Source: Chrysomallon squamiferum (lineage: Eukaryota > Animalia > Mollusca). Taken from it: DNA of 64,000 nt. Below the pieces are notes generated by a model that had not been told where the DNA came from, did not search any database, and worked only from the letters and a program-made list of their open reading frames with translations. The first letter of the stretch is position 1. Each line of letters begins with the position of its first letter. Below are positions 1 to 60,117 of this stretch, one piece after another. A program made the translations under genes and the position numbers. The stretch is taken from assembly GCA_012295275.1 (NCBI GenBank), contig CM022670.1, positions 32,798,001-32,862,000 of the forward strand, given 5' to 3'.

Positions 1-3000
1 AAAGGAAAGAAAATCCCTAAAACCAAACCAAACATGCAAAAATAAAGCCAAAACAATACAACCCTGCAAAAAAATCTTAAACCCCAAACCAGAAAAAAAC
101 CCTATTCCACAAAACACAACAAAGTGAAATAAAGTCGGAACAAATGCAGAAGAAGCGTAATAAAATTAAGGATCAAATATGTGTATGTTGACAAGTGAAT
201 TCTTATGACACATTAGCTGTAATGATTTTTCATTCTCAAATGACAATTGTGATATTTCTTTTATATCTTTAAACATCTTTCTTGTGATGAAAATAAAAAT
301 AAGTCATTTTGTCACTGTCTAAAAACTAATGGATATTTTTTTTTTAGATGTATGATTTCTTTTAAAATATCCTTTTTGAATAGTTAATGTCATCATTTCT
401 ACAGGAGGGTAACAGAAAATAGGTTTCATATTTTGCAATTAGTTAAAAGATCACTGTATAATAAATTATATGGTTTTAAAGCAATGTATTTTCAGTTTTT
501 AAGAATTCAGAAAACCATTGGTTTTTGCTTAGAGATACTTTTCTACTAAAGAATTTCAGATTTGATTTAATTATGCAATTTATAATAAATAAAATGATAT
601 TTTGTTTGATAATATTATGTGTCAAATGAATTGGTTTTCAGTTTAATATCTATGTTTAATCTTGTGTTTTTGTTAACTGCATATGAGAAATTGTTATGAA
701 ATGCCAAAAAATAATATCGGTAATTCTGGAATGGCATAGAATTGGGGTATTATATCTAACTGGCAGAAACCAACATGTATACTTACAGCTATCATTCTTG
801 GAATATTTCCATGGTGCAGATCTGAAGGTATAACATTGCTCTATGTTGAATATGAAGTCAAATGCAGCATGTACATTCCAACTTGTTGATCAACTTTTTT
901 GTATCTACGCATTTACTGTTTCAGATACAAATATATAGAAACATTCCTCATTATAATAATCTTTCTTTTTTCAATCACTGTTAAAAGATAACATTGTTTT
1001 CATTTGACCATAGATATTTTTTCTTTCATTTTTGTATCCTCGATCTTTATACATTTTAACTGAAATTATTATTATTTCTTTTTGTACTTGTTTATAAACT
1101 GTTGCCTTTTGTTACAAGATACAAATATCTTGAAAAGAAAATCAAAAAGCTACAGTTAATTATTTAAATGTTTAATTGACATTTTTAATCATATTTTGAT
1201 ATGATCATTACACTTGAATAAAGTGAATTTAATTTTTCTCACATCTAACAGGAATATTGGTTTTAATATATAGTATGTGTATATATATATATATACACAC
1301 ACACATTGTAACTTTAAATAATGTACATAAAAAATTAACTTTTTCAGATAAATGTTTCAGGTTTTTTGCAAAAGGAAGTGCATATAGTTCATAAAACTTC
1401 ATTTGTATTTTTTATTACCTGTCTTTTTTTGTACTATCCTAATATTTTTGGAAAACTGTTGTATGAAAACTATTTAAAAACAAACACTACAAAATGACAT
1501 GAAGAAAATCTTGGAAAAAAGATCTATTCTTTTCATATAACCTTTATACAACTCTCTATTGTTTCAAAATACGAATGAAAAATGTATTATTCTTATCATA
1601 ACCATTTGTTAGAAAAAAATAAATTAGTCCTGGTTTTTTATGGAAACAAAAGGGAAATTTCCATCAATTTTCAATTCTGTAACATAAAAAATAAATATTT
1701 TTTATTTTTGCCACATGTGTCCCCTTAAAACTTTTTATGTTGGTTTTCATTTAGATATTCATTTATTATTTTGGTTCATCACAGTCTGAATTACAGGTAT
1801 GTACATACATACATCAAAACATGTAAATTTTAAAATTTTAAAATGAGTTTTCAGATGGAAATTCCTAATTCCATTTTTTTCTTTATTCTATAGTGCTTCA
1901 AGTCTAATACTTTAAAAAAAAAATATATATATATATTTTAATGTATTACAGTCATTAACAGTCTGTTACTAATAATTTTTGGAAGGTTAATTAACACAGT
2001 GCTTAACATTAATTGGCCTCTTTTACATGAAGTGGATGCGTAATAATAGTTCATCAAATCATTATATAACAAGCATGAAAAATATACATTTACGCATCCA
2101 TTATGATTATTCACAGATAATTAATTAGCAAGTAGTTTTGGATTACTGCAATATCATGTTAGGATTTCTAATTAACAGCAACTGACACGTGGTCCTCTTA
2201 ATATATTTCATTATATATGTAATTTTGCAGAATTTGATATTATTATTTAGTATTGGATGTACTCACCTGCTTCTGTGTGCCAGCAGTGGTTTCTCTGCCA
2301 AATAGAAAATATTTTTACTCACTAAATTGATATTGATCAAGAATTATAAATGGAAACACTTTTGGCTCATTTTCATTAATGTCTGTTAAATATGTAGATT
2401 GCTGGCTGACTTGATGTTCATTTAATCTGTGTAATAATATTAATAATTTTCTAATATGTTAACTTGTAACACATGCTTAGACGTAATGACTTCAAAAAAT
2501 AAGAAGAGTAATAAAAATGTTTACTTTCTTGAAGATAAATTAAGGAGAGTAATTTTCAATTAACTACAGAGTAATATGTAACATTCTTATTTACTTTATG
2601 AAATCACCAACAGGTACATTTATATTCATTTGAAATAATAACGATTAATTACACTTAAGCTCAACTGATTACTTTTGATTAAGTAGAATTGTAGATAATA
2701 CAGGAATTCAGGTTACAGAAATGAAATTATTTTATATTAAATAAAGTACCATTAAGTGTTTGTTGGCAGTGGAATATATATATGAATAATTCAGTAAGTA
2801 AAATATGAAGTTAGGAATAGAAGAAGAAAATGGATGTCATTATTTAACTGTTTTTTTACATTTTTCCATGCGGGTACTGAACTATTAAAAAAAATAACAA
2901 CACATAAACCTTTAAATTTAGCCATTAAACTTAATAACTTACATTGATATTATGAAAAAAAGATGAATTTAATATTAACCAAATCCTTGAAATATTTTAA

Positions 3001-5683
3001 TGAACTTTTATGAAATGAAATGATAAAAATTTAAAAGTGAACATCTGTTTGTGTGTGTGTGTGTGTGTGTGTATTTATGTATGTATATTACAATGTCATT
3101 ATTTTGTGTTCCTTTTTTGTTTATTTATAATTATTTTCACATCAGGAAAGTCAGGATTCATGACAAGAAAAGGAAAGGTTGTAATGAAATAACTTCTTTT
3201 CCTTGTTTTTTTGTTTTTTTTAATTTTCTTTCCTGATTGATAAGAATTAACTTGTGAAAATCTTACTTCTATTAAATTTTACTACTTACTTACTCTTTTT
3301 TTTTATAGATCTTTTTTATGCAAAGTTAGAAGCATGTTTTTTAGATGATGTGAAATATTTGCATATAACTTATTCAACTATTTAACAAGTGCAAATTCTA
3401 TCAAATGGTTTAAATCACTCTGTATGTTTCTCAAGTATTTGGTTAAATAAAATATTTAAATTAATTAATGGGGAAAGCTGTTTATACGTAATATGTATAT
3501 GTCGTGTATCCTTTATTATCTGAAATTAAATCATCAACAAAATAGATTTTTTTAAAAACAAATTTTGATGACAAACAGTGATTAGAAGTAGATAAGTTTC
3601 TGCTTTACAAGGCTGCCTTTTTTTAGTTTTGTATTTATCACCATGTAGTGTAGACCTTTTCCACATGGTATGCTAGTCAGATAAAGTTACTTGGTAAATA
3701 GCTTTGAATATGGATAAGTATTTGTTCACGACATAATCAGAGATGGATGGCTGCTTCTGTCTTGATTTCCGATAATTTTTCACAACTGATTAGCTTCAGT
3801 GGACAAGTACATGCAGAATTTTGAACTTGATTTAATCAGTAGATATCATGGTTGACAGAGAAAATCTCTGAAGTGTCAGTTTGACAGAGTGTGATACTTA
3901 ATAGATCCATCGCTACTCTTGTGTATCTGGTGTTTATTTGTTTTTCTGTCAGACACAACATCTGATGTTTGAAGCAAATTGTTCTCAGTCTTCAGGGTTT
4001 TTATTGTTGTCTGATTTAGTTACTGATTTAGAACAAATTGGGTAATAAAGGCACAGTTCCCACCCCACACTTTTCCCTGTGAAAACGAACCCATATTTGT
4101 TTCGCTTCATTTTTACTCAGACATATAAATTCTAATGCAAGTGTAAACTGCCAAAATGTGTCTGTATGAAAAGAAGAATTTGTGAGATAACCCCTTTTTA
4201 TGGCTCTTTCGCAGTAGTTTTTCCAACAACAGTTCTGAATTGTACAGAATTCAAAAAAAGAAAAAAAGAGAAAAGAAAGAATTTAACTATAGTTCTTGGT
4301 AAACTATCTGCACTGGCAAATTCAAATATGTTGCTAGTTCCACTGAAATTAATTACTTAAATAAATAATCAAACTTACATGCACAGTGGACTAAACTGTG
4401 ACACTTGTTGGCTCGCATTTGTATTTTCATTATTTTACTTTCTTCACAAAAGCATGAAGAAAGTAAAAAAAATAAAAAAAAATAATAATAATTATTATTT
4501 CTGTTATTGTCTTGATACAAATACAGCATTGTATTACTATAGAGTTTTCATTTGTAGTTTATTTTACCTTATCACGAAGTTGTAGCTGTACTGCCTTTGG
4601 TTTCATTTATTGTATTGTTACATCTCTGTTTGGTTGATAATGTGGGAGATATTAATGGCTGTTTCCCAGAATTTAAATAAGAAATTAGTACTTTCATACC
4701 TTTGCTATAGAAATATTTTTGTTCTTGATGGTTTAAGAAGAATGGTTGGGGAAGTTCATAGTCAGATGGAGTTCTGTGTTTGAGCTTTTATCTTACCATG
4801 TTAATACACTTCAAAGTTTTCCATTACAGTAGAGTACGTGCTTGTAGTCAGTTATATTTAATGGATGGTGAAAGCTTCATTAGATCTAACATCAGTTGGT
4901 TCTGATTGAATGGAACACTTTAAAGAACTGCAAAGCTGAGACACAAAGTTTTCAGCTTCAATATTAACTTTTTTCATTTAGCTGACTTCACATCATGATG
5001 GACAAGATCAACACCAATTGTTGTCCAGTGGATTTAGAATATTAAAGGCCATAATAATAATCTACATTTTGTGTCAAATGTAAAATCTAGACCACGATGA
5101 ACTTTTGTACTCCAACATGACAGTTTGGTTTGAATCAAATATAATTTTATAATGATCCATTCATTTTCATTGTTTCCCATTTGAATTAAAAAGTCTGTAC
5201 ATTTGGATGAATTTTTTTTGTTTCTATCTTGAGACACTGTAATTTTCATATTCTGGATATCGATGTTCGTTTTATGTTTTATAAGTCTTTTGTGAAATGT
5301 CTTACAATTTTTATTTTTTTATTTTTTTTAACTCAAATTTTGTCACTTTTTCTTATAAACTTTTGTGAAAAGCAGGGATTTCAAAGTGATAACATTACTT
5401 ATTGTTACTTGCTAGACGTAGGGCTTGTTAATAATTAATGTTACAGCAAATGGTTAAATGTGTTATTTTTAGAACTGCAATTTGTGTTGCATTATGTGAT
5501 GGTAGTAAATATTACATATACTATTGATTTCTTATGACATTGTTTTTGGTTATTATTTCATGTTCATTTGATTGACATTTGATATTTTTTTAGTAGTTAT
5601 TTCATATCGTTTAAGTTTGAAATTAGCTAATTTACAGCTATGAAACTGTCATTTACTTTTATATTTTTATTATGTTTTTTTAG

Positions 5684-52592
<46,909 letters not shown>

Positions 52593-55500
52593 TGGGAACG
52601 TCATGGATTTGTAGTGTAATATTTGTTTGCTTTAAACTGATGAATAGTGGGGATAATGACTTAGAACGTTAAAGTTGTTTCTGTGTTCTGGTGATATCAT
52701 TTAGTTTGAAAAGGCTGTACATTCCAAGCAGATGTTCTTTATCATAGTCAGTAACAGGAATCCCTGATGATAGTTACGTCAAAATTTGTACAATTACATT
52801 TTTAAAAAGTGTTTCAGATGATAATTTGTTCTCTTTTTCTTAGGTAAAAGTATAATATAAAGGTCCAAATAGATATGCAAGAAAAATGAAACCAACATGA
52901 ACAGAGTGAATAATTTACAGTATAAAACTTTGTGTTTTAAATTGAAGTGGAAGAAGATCTGTAAACCTGCCATGTACCATATTACTTGTTCTTAGAGAAA
53001 TGTGTTTGCTTTATATTTCCTAAATGTGTTATTAATCCATCTAAATTTGAATGTGTACAAACGTATTTTTCGGATTGTATAGGCAAAATGTTCAATGTAT
53101 AATATTTCATGACAGCTGTTGATTGTGATGATAAAACTGTAGGGCTTTGAAATCAACCTTGTTTTTACATAATTTTACATAAATTTTAGCCCAAGGGCTA
53201 AAGATTAGTTCTTAATGATAAAATTTACAAGCGTGAGCTTAAGGCTGCATGATTTAGTTCTTAATGATATATGTTTAGAAAATGTGCTGGAGATCAACAA
53301 AATTAAAGAAAAATGTTCATAAGAATGAGCCTAGAGACTACAGGTTTAGTTGTTAATGTTATATATTTACCAGAGTATGAGCGTGCACGCTACAAGATTA
53401 ATTCTAGAAAATACATGTTTGACGTCAACTTGATCTTTCTGTGTGACCAAGGAGTTCAAAGTTCATCTTGCACTGATGTATGGCAGAATCTTTCAAGAAC
53501 TTTGCCACATGGCAAAAACTTTCAAGAATTAGCTTTCTGAATTCATGATTGTTCCTGGCTGAAGGATAAGGCATTAAGTAAATCCGTTTTATTATTCCAA
53601 GGAATATGTAATGGAGCTGTTGATCTCAAACCAGACTGGGGCTAAAGTAGAATTAAAATGGCATTTGCTGTGTTACTTGCTCAATACCAACAAGATGAAA
53701 AAAAAAAATGAAAAAAAGGTAAAAGAGAACTGAAGGTGCTGCTGTTGTAAATGCACTTTATTTCTGTATTTCAAAATGTTTGTAATTTTTTTTTTTTTTT
53801 TTTTTTATATTGCTCATGTTTTTTTCAATTTCTGTTTTTCTTGAAAAACAGTTGTACAGAAATATTGTTAGTCATTGATGTGTTCATATGCCAAAACCAC
53901 ATTACATTTGCTTTAAATTTTGTATCTTGATGATTACTTTGTGAAAGAAATGATAACCAGTTTGTGGGTTAATACTTTGTTTTATTTTTTCTTCAATAGA
54001 ATTCAGTAGAGGGTGATAAATTGTTCTCTGTCTTTTTTTTTTACCTCTTTTTAAATGATACTGGTCACATTTTAAAAGATACAACACAGGCATATGCATT
54101 AATATATTATCCAAACTAAATAATGATAATCATAAAAATTTAAAAACATTTATAACATGATTTCAATATATCAATAAACACTGAAAGTCTTAAATATTTT
54201 TTAATTTGGATCTTAGTAAAATTTCAGGTTTTTAATCTTCTCTTTTTTTTCTTTTTTTTTTAAATTTTATAAATTGACATTATTTAAAAAAAAAATTTAC
54301 ATTACTGTTCTTAAAAAGCAAATATTTGGGGTTTATTTAATAAAAAATGGCAAGTTAGAAAATAATCTGATATTTTTTTTTTTTTTTTTTTTTTTTTTCA
54401 AATAAATGTTGCAGTCTATTTTGAAAAATATCTAATTAGGAAAGAATCTTTAGAATGTTGTTTTACTGGCTTTTTAAAAAACAAAAGAAAAGAAACAGAG
54501 TATATTTTTTTAGGAAAGTATCTTTAATACTTGTTTTAAAAAAAGAAAACAAAAGATGGGGAATTTGACAAGAGGGAGGTGAGAAAAACCTATTGTATTT
54601 CACTAAGGCTGTGATACTAATTCAGGAGAATTTGTACAGGTTGTTTACTATGTTGTGCTGTCTGCTGAGCTTGCTAGTCTGTTGTCATTTTATCATTCAT
54701 TTAAACAGTTCATTCTTATTACCATGTAGTTAGCTGTCATTATATACATAGACACAAATATATACATATATATATACACATATACACATATACATACATA
54801 TATATACTGACTTGAAAAAGTCTATTTTTGTATGGCTTGAATTGTTTTCAATATGTATGTAAATAAGTGTGTGGTTTCTTTCTTTGCGACATAAAATTTT
54901 ATTAGTATATATTCAGTAAAATGCAGGATGATTTGAGAAATTTAGTTACTGTAATTTTAAAGTTGTAATTTTGTTTGAAAATGTAGGCTGTATATAATTT
55001 GTTTGGGGTTCTTTTTCTTGAAATTGTTGGACAAAGAAATTAAAAATATATAAATAAACTTATTTTTGACCGGTGTCAGAATTTATAGAGATTCTATTAA
55101 AACTTTTGTTTTATGAAATTTGCAGTTTTAATGCTGAAACAATGTTGAGTTTAATATCTGCTTGTTTGACCAGGTCACACAAATAATTTATGTTTAAGAA
55201 TAAAAACAGTTTTATATGCTGGTCGTAATTTTGATTGTTACTTGATAAAATATTCTGGCTGTTTAAGCATGATAACAACATTTGTATACTATACATAATT
55301 AATGTTTACAACATAATGTTTGAATTTACATAGTACATTTGATTATGAAACTGACTTATTGTGATGAAACAGCTTTATCTTTTGTGAAATAAAAACTTGT
55401 ATTTTTTTCTGTTGTTTAATGTAATGGTAAATTGAAAGTCTGTAAATACATAATGGCATAAATTTTGAAATATTTTTAATTTGATAAGAGAATTAATCAT

Positions 55501-58500
55501 TTTGCTTTTACCTTTAAATGATATATTTTATTTTTTTTGTAATTTCGTGGTGATATTTTGGTGTCAGTGTGGAAATACAAAACCATTTTAAAAAAGGTAT
55601 ACTGCTGATAATGTGGATACTGGAAAATGGTGAAAAAAGGCTGAATCATCAAATATTTACTCAATATTTGTTAGCAAATAGCAAGTGCTTAAAAAGGTCA
55701 TAATACATTTAATACCAGTAAGTTTTTGCACAATGGTTTATATCCATTTATTAGATCGTCCTTTTATTTTATGATGGAAATTTTATTTTTTTGTGTGACA
55801 CTAATCTACATATTAAAAACATGGTCACAGTCATGTTACTGGGATGCAGCAATACAACAACACATTTCAGATGTGGAAATGTTAGAACTTATTTCCTGAG
55901 CATTTTTGTTACAAATATAAAGAACTTGTCTTTCAATAGCTAATTTGATGTCTGATCATACCTCTTTCAGATATAGATTTTTTTTTTTTTTTTTTAAATA
56001 ATCAAAATTTAATGATTAAGAAATGTACTGGTACATGCATTCATTGTCATTAATACTGATAAGACACTGTGCTTTTAAATTGGTGGATATATAACAGCTG
56101 TTGAAATTATAGCTTAATTTGTTTTTACATTTTATTTTAATTAATTTTGATATAATATCTTATCTAGGTTGTGGATGTTGTGCCCATTCACTGTTTGACA
56201 GTATCTACATTGTGATCTATACCCAAACATAATAAATATTTTAATTGCACCTGGATTTCTCTGGAGCAGTTACTTAACTTTTTTGTTTATATTTTTTTTT
56301 TTTTAAAGTAGAAAAAAAGAGTAAATATTCTATATGATCTGTACATATTTTAATATCAGTTGAAACAGCCAGAAAAAATCATATAATGACTAATATAAAG
56401 AATTACTTAAGCTTGTATCAAATCAAACAAAACCTCCTAAAACCACTATAAACATGGGATTCTTATTCCGATTTTTTTTACATAACTGTCTCATTTTATG
56501 AGTTTTCGGTTCAGATAGCCTAAGATGGCAGAAACAAAGGACATTAAGACAGATTTTAAGAAAATATTTTTTGAATGTTCTTGGCTCATAAGAGGAATTT
56601 ATTAAAGCTCTTGTATAAAGCTCTTGTACAAACAATATGATGTGAATTTGTGATAAAACGTTTATCTTAATGCTCATAGCATAATATTTGTTTTGCATAT
56701 ATTGAATATAGCCTGTCAGAAATATATCACACCATGTACATAGAGATTTAACGTTTTGTGTGGGTTTTTTTGTCATGTGATAATGTACCAGTATTCCACA
56801 AGTGAAATATATTTTAATGGAGTTTAGCTTTTTTTTTTTTTTTTTGTTGAAAATAGTGATATTTTGTAAATATTTTCCTATTTGTGATGAACACAAGTTG
56901 ATAGGCGATATAGAAAATACATTGGTATGTTAACAATGTGGTGTGTCCAGAACTCAAAAGTGTGAGATAAATTTTGTTATTATAATCTGTCAATTAGTGT
57001 TAAAATATTAATAGAAAAACTGTGCTGGTTTAACTTTAAATAAATAAAAAGAAAAAAAAATGATGAATTTTATGGGAAATTCAATTTTAATGAAATCTAT
57101 GAGGCATAATGTGAAAAAGAAAAGAAGTAAGAAGTTATATATATGAACCAGATTTTAAGAAAAAAAATCAGAAAAAATTACAGAAACTGAATTTGAAATG
57201 TTAAAGAAAAAAGCATTATTTATATTTTGTTAACCAGATTTTTTTTTTTTATATAAGAAAATTCTTATCTATATTCAGAATCTATGTTCAGGGGTTTTGA
57301 CAAAAGAATAACTATACTGAAAATTTCTATTTTCTTAGTGTAAGTATTGTACTGAGTGATAATGTTCAAATCAACTGGACAGGAAGCCACAACTATTAAA
57401 ACTTAAGATCAGTTAGTTTTTGGGATCAGTTTTTGATGGTTGTCTATTGTTCAGCAAAGCTAAAAGTCTGCAGTTTGCTTTACTTACACAGATATTACTG
57501 TTTACTATTGCCTATTGGATGTTATTTTATAACTGTTGTCACTGCCAGTATGTCTTCTTTATCTGTGAATGAATTTAATTTTTATTAAGAATTATGTTTT
57601 TTTTTTTTTTTTTTTTTTTTCTTCAATGTCTCTGTACTAAAGAATTTTTTTTAAATTTTTTTAATTTTGGCTAGAAAACAGCAATTTCTTTTTCAACAAT
57701 TATAATAATAATAATTGATTTTAATATTTATTATTTTCAGAATTTCTTTTTTTAAACAAAAATAATTTTAAATGTTAGATCCGGTCTTCATTGTGATCAT
57801 ATGAATGTCAAAACTCATATGTGGTGTTATTGCACAACTAGATGAAGAATTTCTTACATGATCATTTAAAAATTAAAAAAATAAATAATTTATTCTGCCA
57901 GATTGATTTTTGTTATTGGATTTCTTTCAGTGATTCTGTTATCCAAAATGAATTTTTTTACCTGGGATTTACATTTATTTAAAGACAAATGAAAATATTG
58001 TATTATGATTTAAATCACTACACTGATGATGAGGTGCATTAGGTTTTGTTTAATAAAAGATTTATTAATAGATAATGAAATAGCTTGTATATGTATTTAT
58101 TGTTAAAAAAAAAAAAAAATCAAATTAAAAATTATAAATTAAAATATCTGCCCACACAGAAAAAACAAAACAAAAAACAACACATTTTAAGAGCATGATG
58201 TGTGTTAAAAAATGACTAAAAATGCAACAAATGAACCATTTAATTGATTTAATAAATTCATACATCCCAGTGAATTTGTTATTCTTATTAAATATAATCT
58301 GTAGTCCCTATGGACACCTTTATACTGGACTGAATTGGTGTAGGGTATTTTTTGAAAATCTTTTAAATGAATATGTAAAAAAAATCTACTTGTACATCAT
58401 TTTTATATATTTTTTCATCTTCTGTTAAAAGTCTTCTGTTCTTCAAGTCATTTGTTGTTTATTGTTAAATGCAGGAAAACATTTTCACATCCTCAATTCC

Positions 58501-58639
58501 TTCATAATCTTTGTCACTCAGTATTTGAAAAGATTGAAGGAAATTTTTCATTCATGTACTTTTCATCCTCTGTGGCTTTATCTACTTAAACAGCATTATA
58601 CAGATCGCTAAATACTGAACAGTTAATGAGAGAGGAATT

Positions 58640-58800
58640 CTGCTGTTACCATCATCTGGGCTATTTTTGTAACAGCACTTGGGGAGATTACACATCGCAG
58701 CCTTTGTTACACAAATTACTGAGCATTGGCTGGAATGAGTAAAAACTACATTTGCCATATTAATCTGCTTTATCTGATTCTTTCATCGTAGCTACATCCA
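58640..58800 (-). mobile_element. Second degenerate SINE remnant, probably the same family
   Basis: Minus strand ggatgtagct head, then ttccagccaatgctc...tgtaacaaaggctgcgatgtgt; shares attggctgg with 8930-8938; family assignment from memory. Confidence 0.4.
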
Positions 58801-59968
58801 AATAACAATATATCCATTAAATGAATGAATCTTTAAATATTGCCTAAAACTAAACATTTAAAAATAAATTATGATAAACAAATTATCAAAATAAAAATAA
58901 TAATGATAAGCCATTCCAAGATCAGATCCTTAATTTAAAAAATAATTTAAACAAAATGATAAAAAGAATGTCATGTTTTGGGGTTTTTAGACTGAAGATT
59001 TATAATTTACTTTGTTTTTTAATCACAATTAAAAAGAACACAACTAAAGAAAATCAGCCATGGAAATTTAAAAAAAGAAAAAGAAGATACTTTTTTGTTT
59101 GTATTTATGGTGCCTAAATAAATTAAATTAATAACATACACAATAATATTAAAAATCTAATTTATTTCTTCAGTTTTTATTATTATTATTAAATTTTTAC
59201 TATGTATATATCAAAAGTGAAAATGGGACTAAATCTGATTCTCCTGCAATGATCACCATACACAAATGATGTTTGTTAATGTAATAGAGAAATCCAAAGC
59301 TGTTCTCATTAAAACAAGGAATCAAAAAGTATCAAAAACACAATAAAATGCCTTCATGATTGTTAGCTATTAGGCTAACTTTTTGTGATTGAAATGTATA
59401 CAAAAAAAAATACAGTGGAGTAAATTATTTAAAAGAATACAATAAATAAGTCTCTTGAATTTTTTTATTTAAGAAATATTTGTCAAAAAGCTCTCTTATG
59501 TAAGTCATGTTTGCATATATATATATAAAAAAAAATAAAAAAATAAAAAATAAAAAATTAAAATAATTTTAAATCATAAGAAAGAATGTGAAGACAATTA
59601 TTTAAATGTGTAAAAGAGTAAGCCTTCAGAATTATCTACAATTTAAAAAACCCACAAAAAACAATCAAACCTGAAAATAAAAAAAAATTAAAACATTCTT
59701 CACAATATAAAACATACATTTTACCCAGAGTTTAAATCAACATGTATCATATAGATTATTGAAATAAGTACTTCTTTCTTTGTTTAACAACACCCCAGCA
59801 CAAAAAAAAAAAACAGCTACCGCAGTTTGAAATAAGTACATGTAAAAATACCCATATGTTTGTTATATTCTGATGGCAGGGGAAATACGTATGATTTTTA
59901 TTGCACATGGTCTTTTATGTTTTATCATTCAACTAATTATCACAGAAACATATGGAATGTTTATGTTG

Positions 59969-60117
59969 TTAAACACTTCTGTATCTGGAGAGTGGAGATT
60001 CCCACTCATCCTTGTTTTTGTACATAGCTGACCACTTCTCAAAATGCTTCAAAAATACTGACTGGGTCTTTGGACGCCATTTTGAATGAAGGGCTGTTGC
60101 TATTTTTATAGAATCTC
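59969..60117 (-). CDS. NAGLU: NAGLU terminal exon: GDSIKIATALHSKWRPKTQ...SRYRSV*
   Basis: ttttag acceptor after a long pyrimidine tract; TAA at 59969-59971. Confidence 0.9.

Noticed and set aside
4166-4360. ORF as a possible MAST first exon
   Set aside because: No MAST similarity, the Lys run comes from an A-tract, and the candidate donor phase does not match exon 5684
56423-56896. 157-aa minus-strand ORF
   Set aside because: No recognisable motif, runs through a poly-A tract, lies in the presumed UTR/intergenic region
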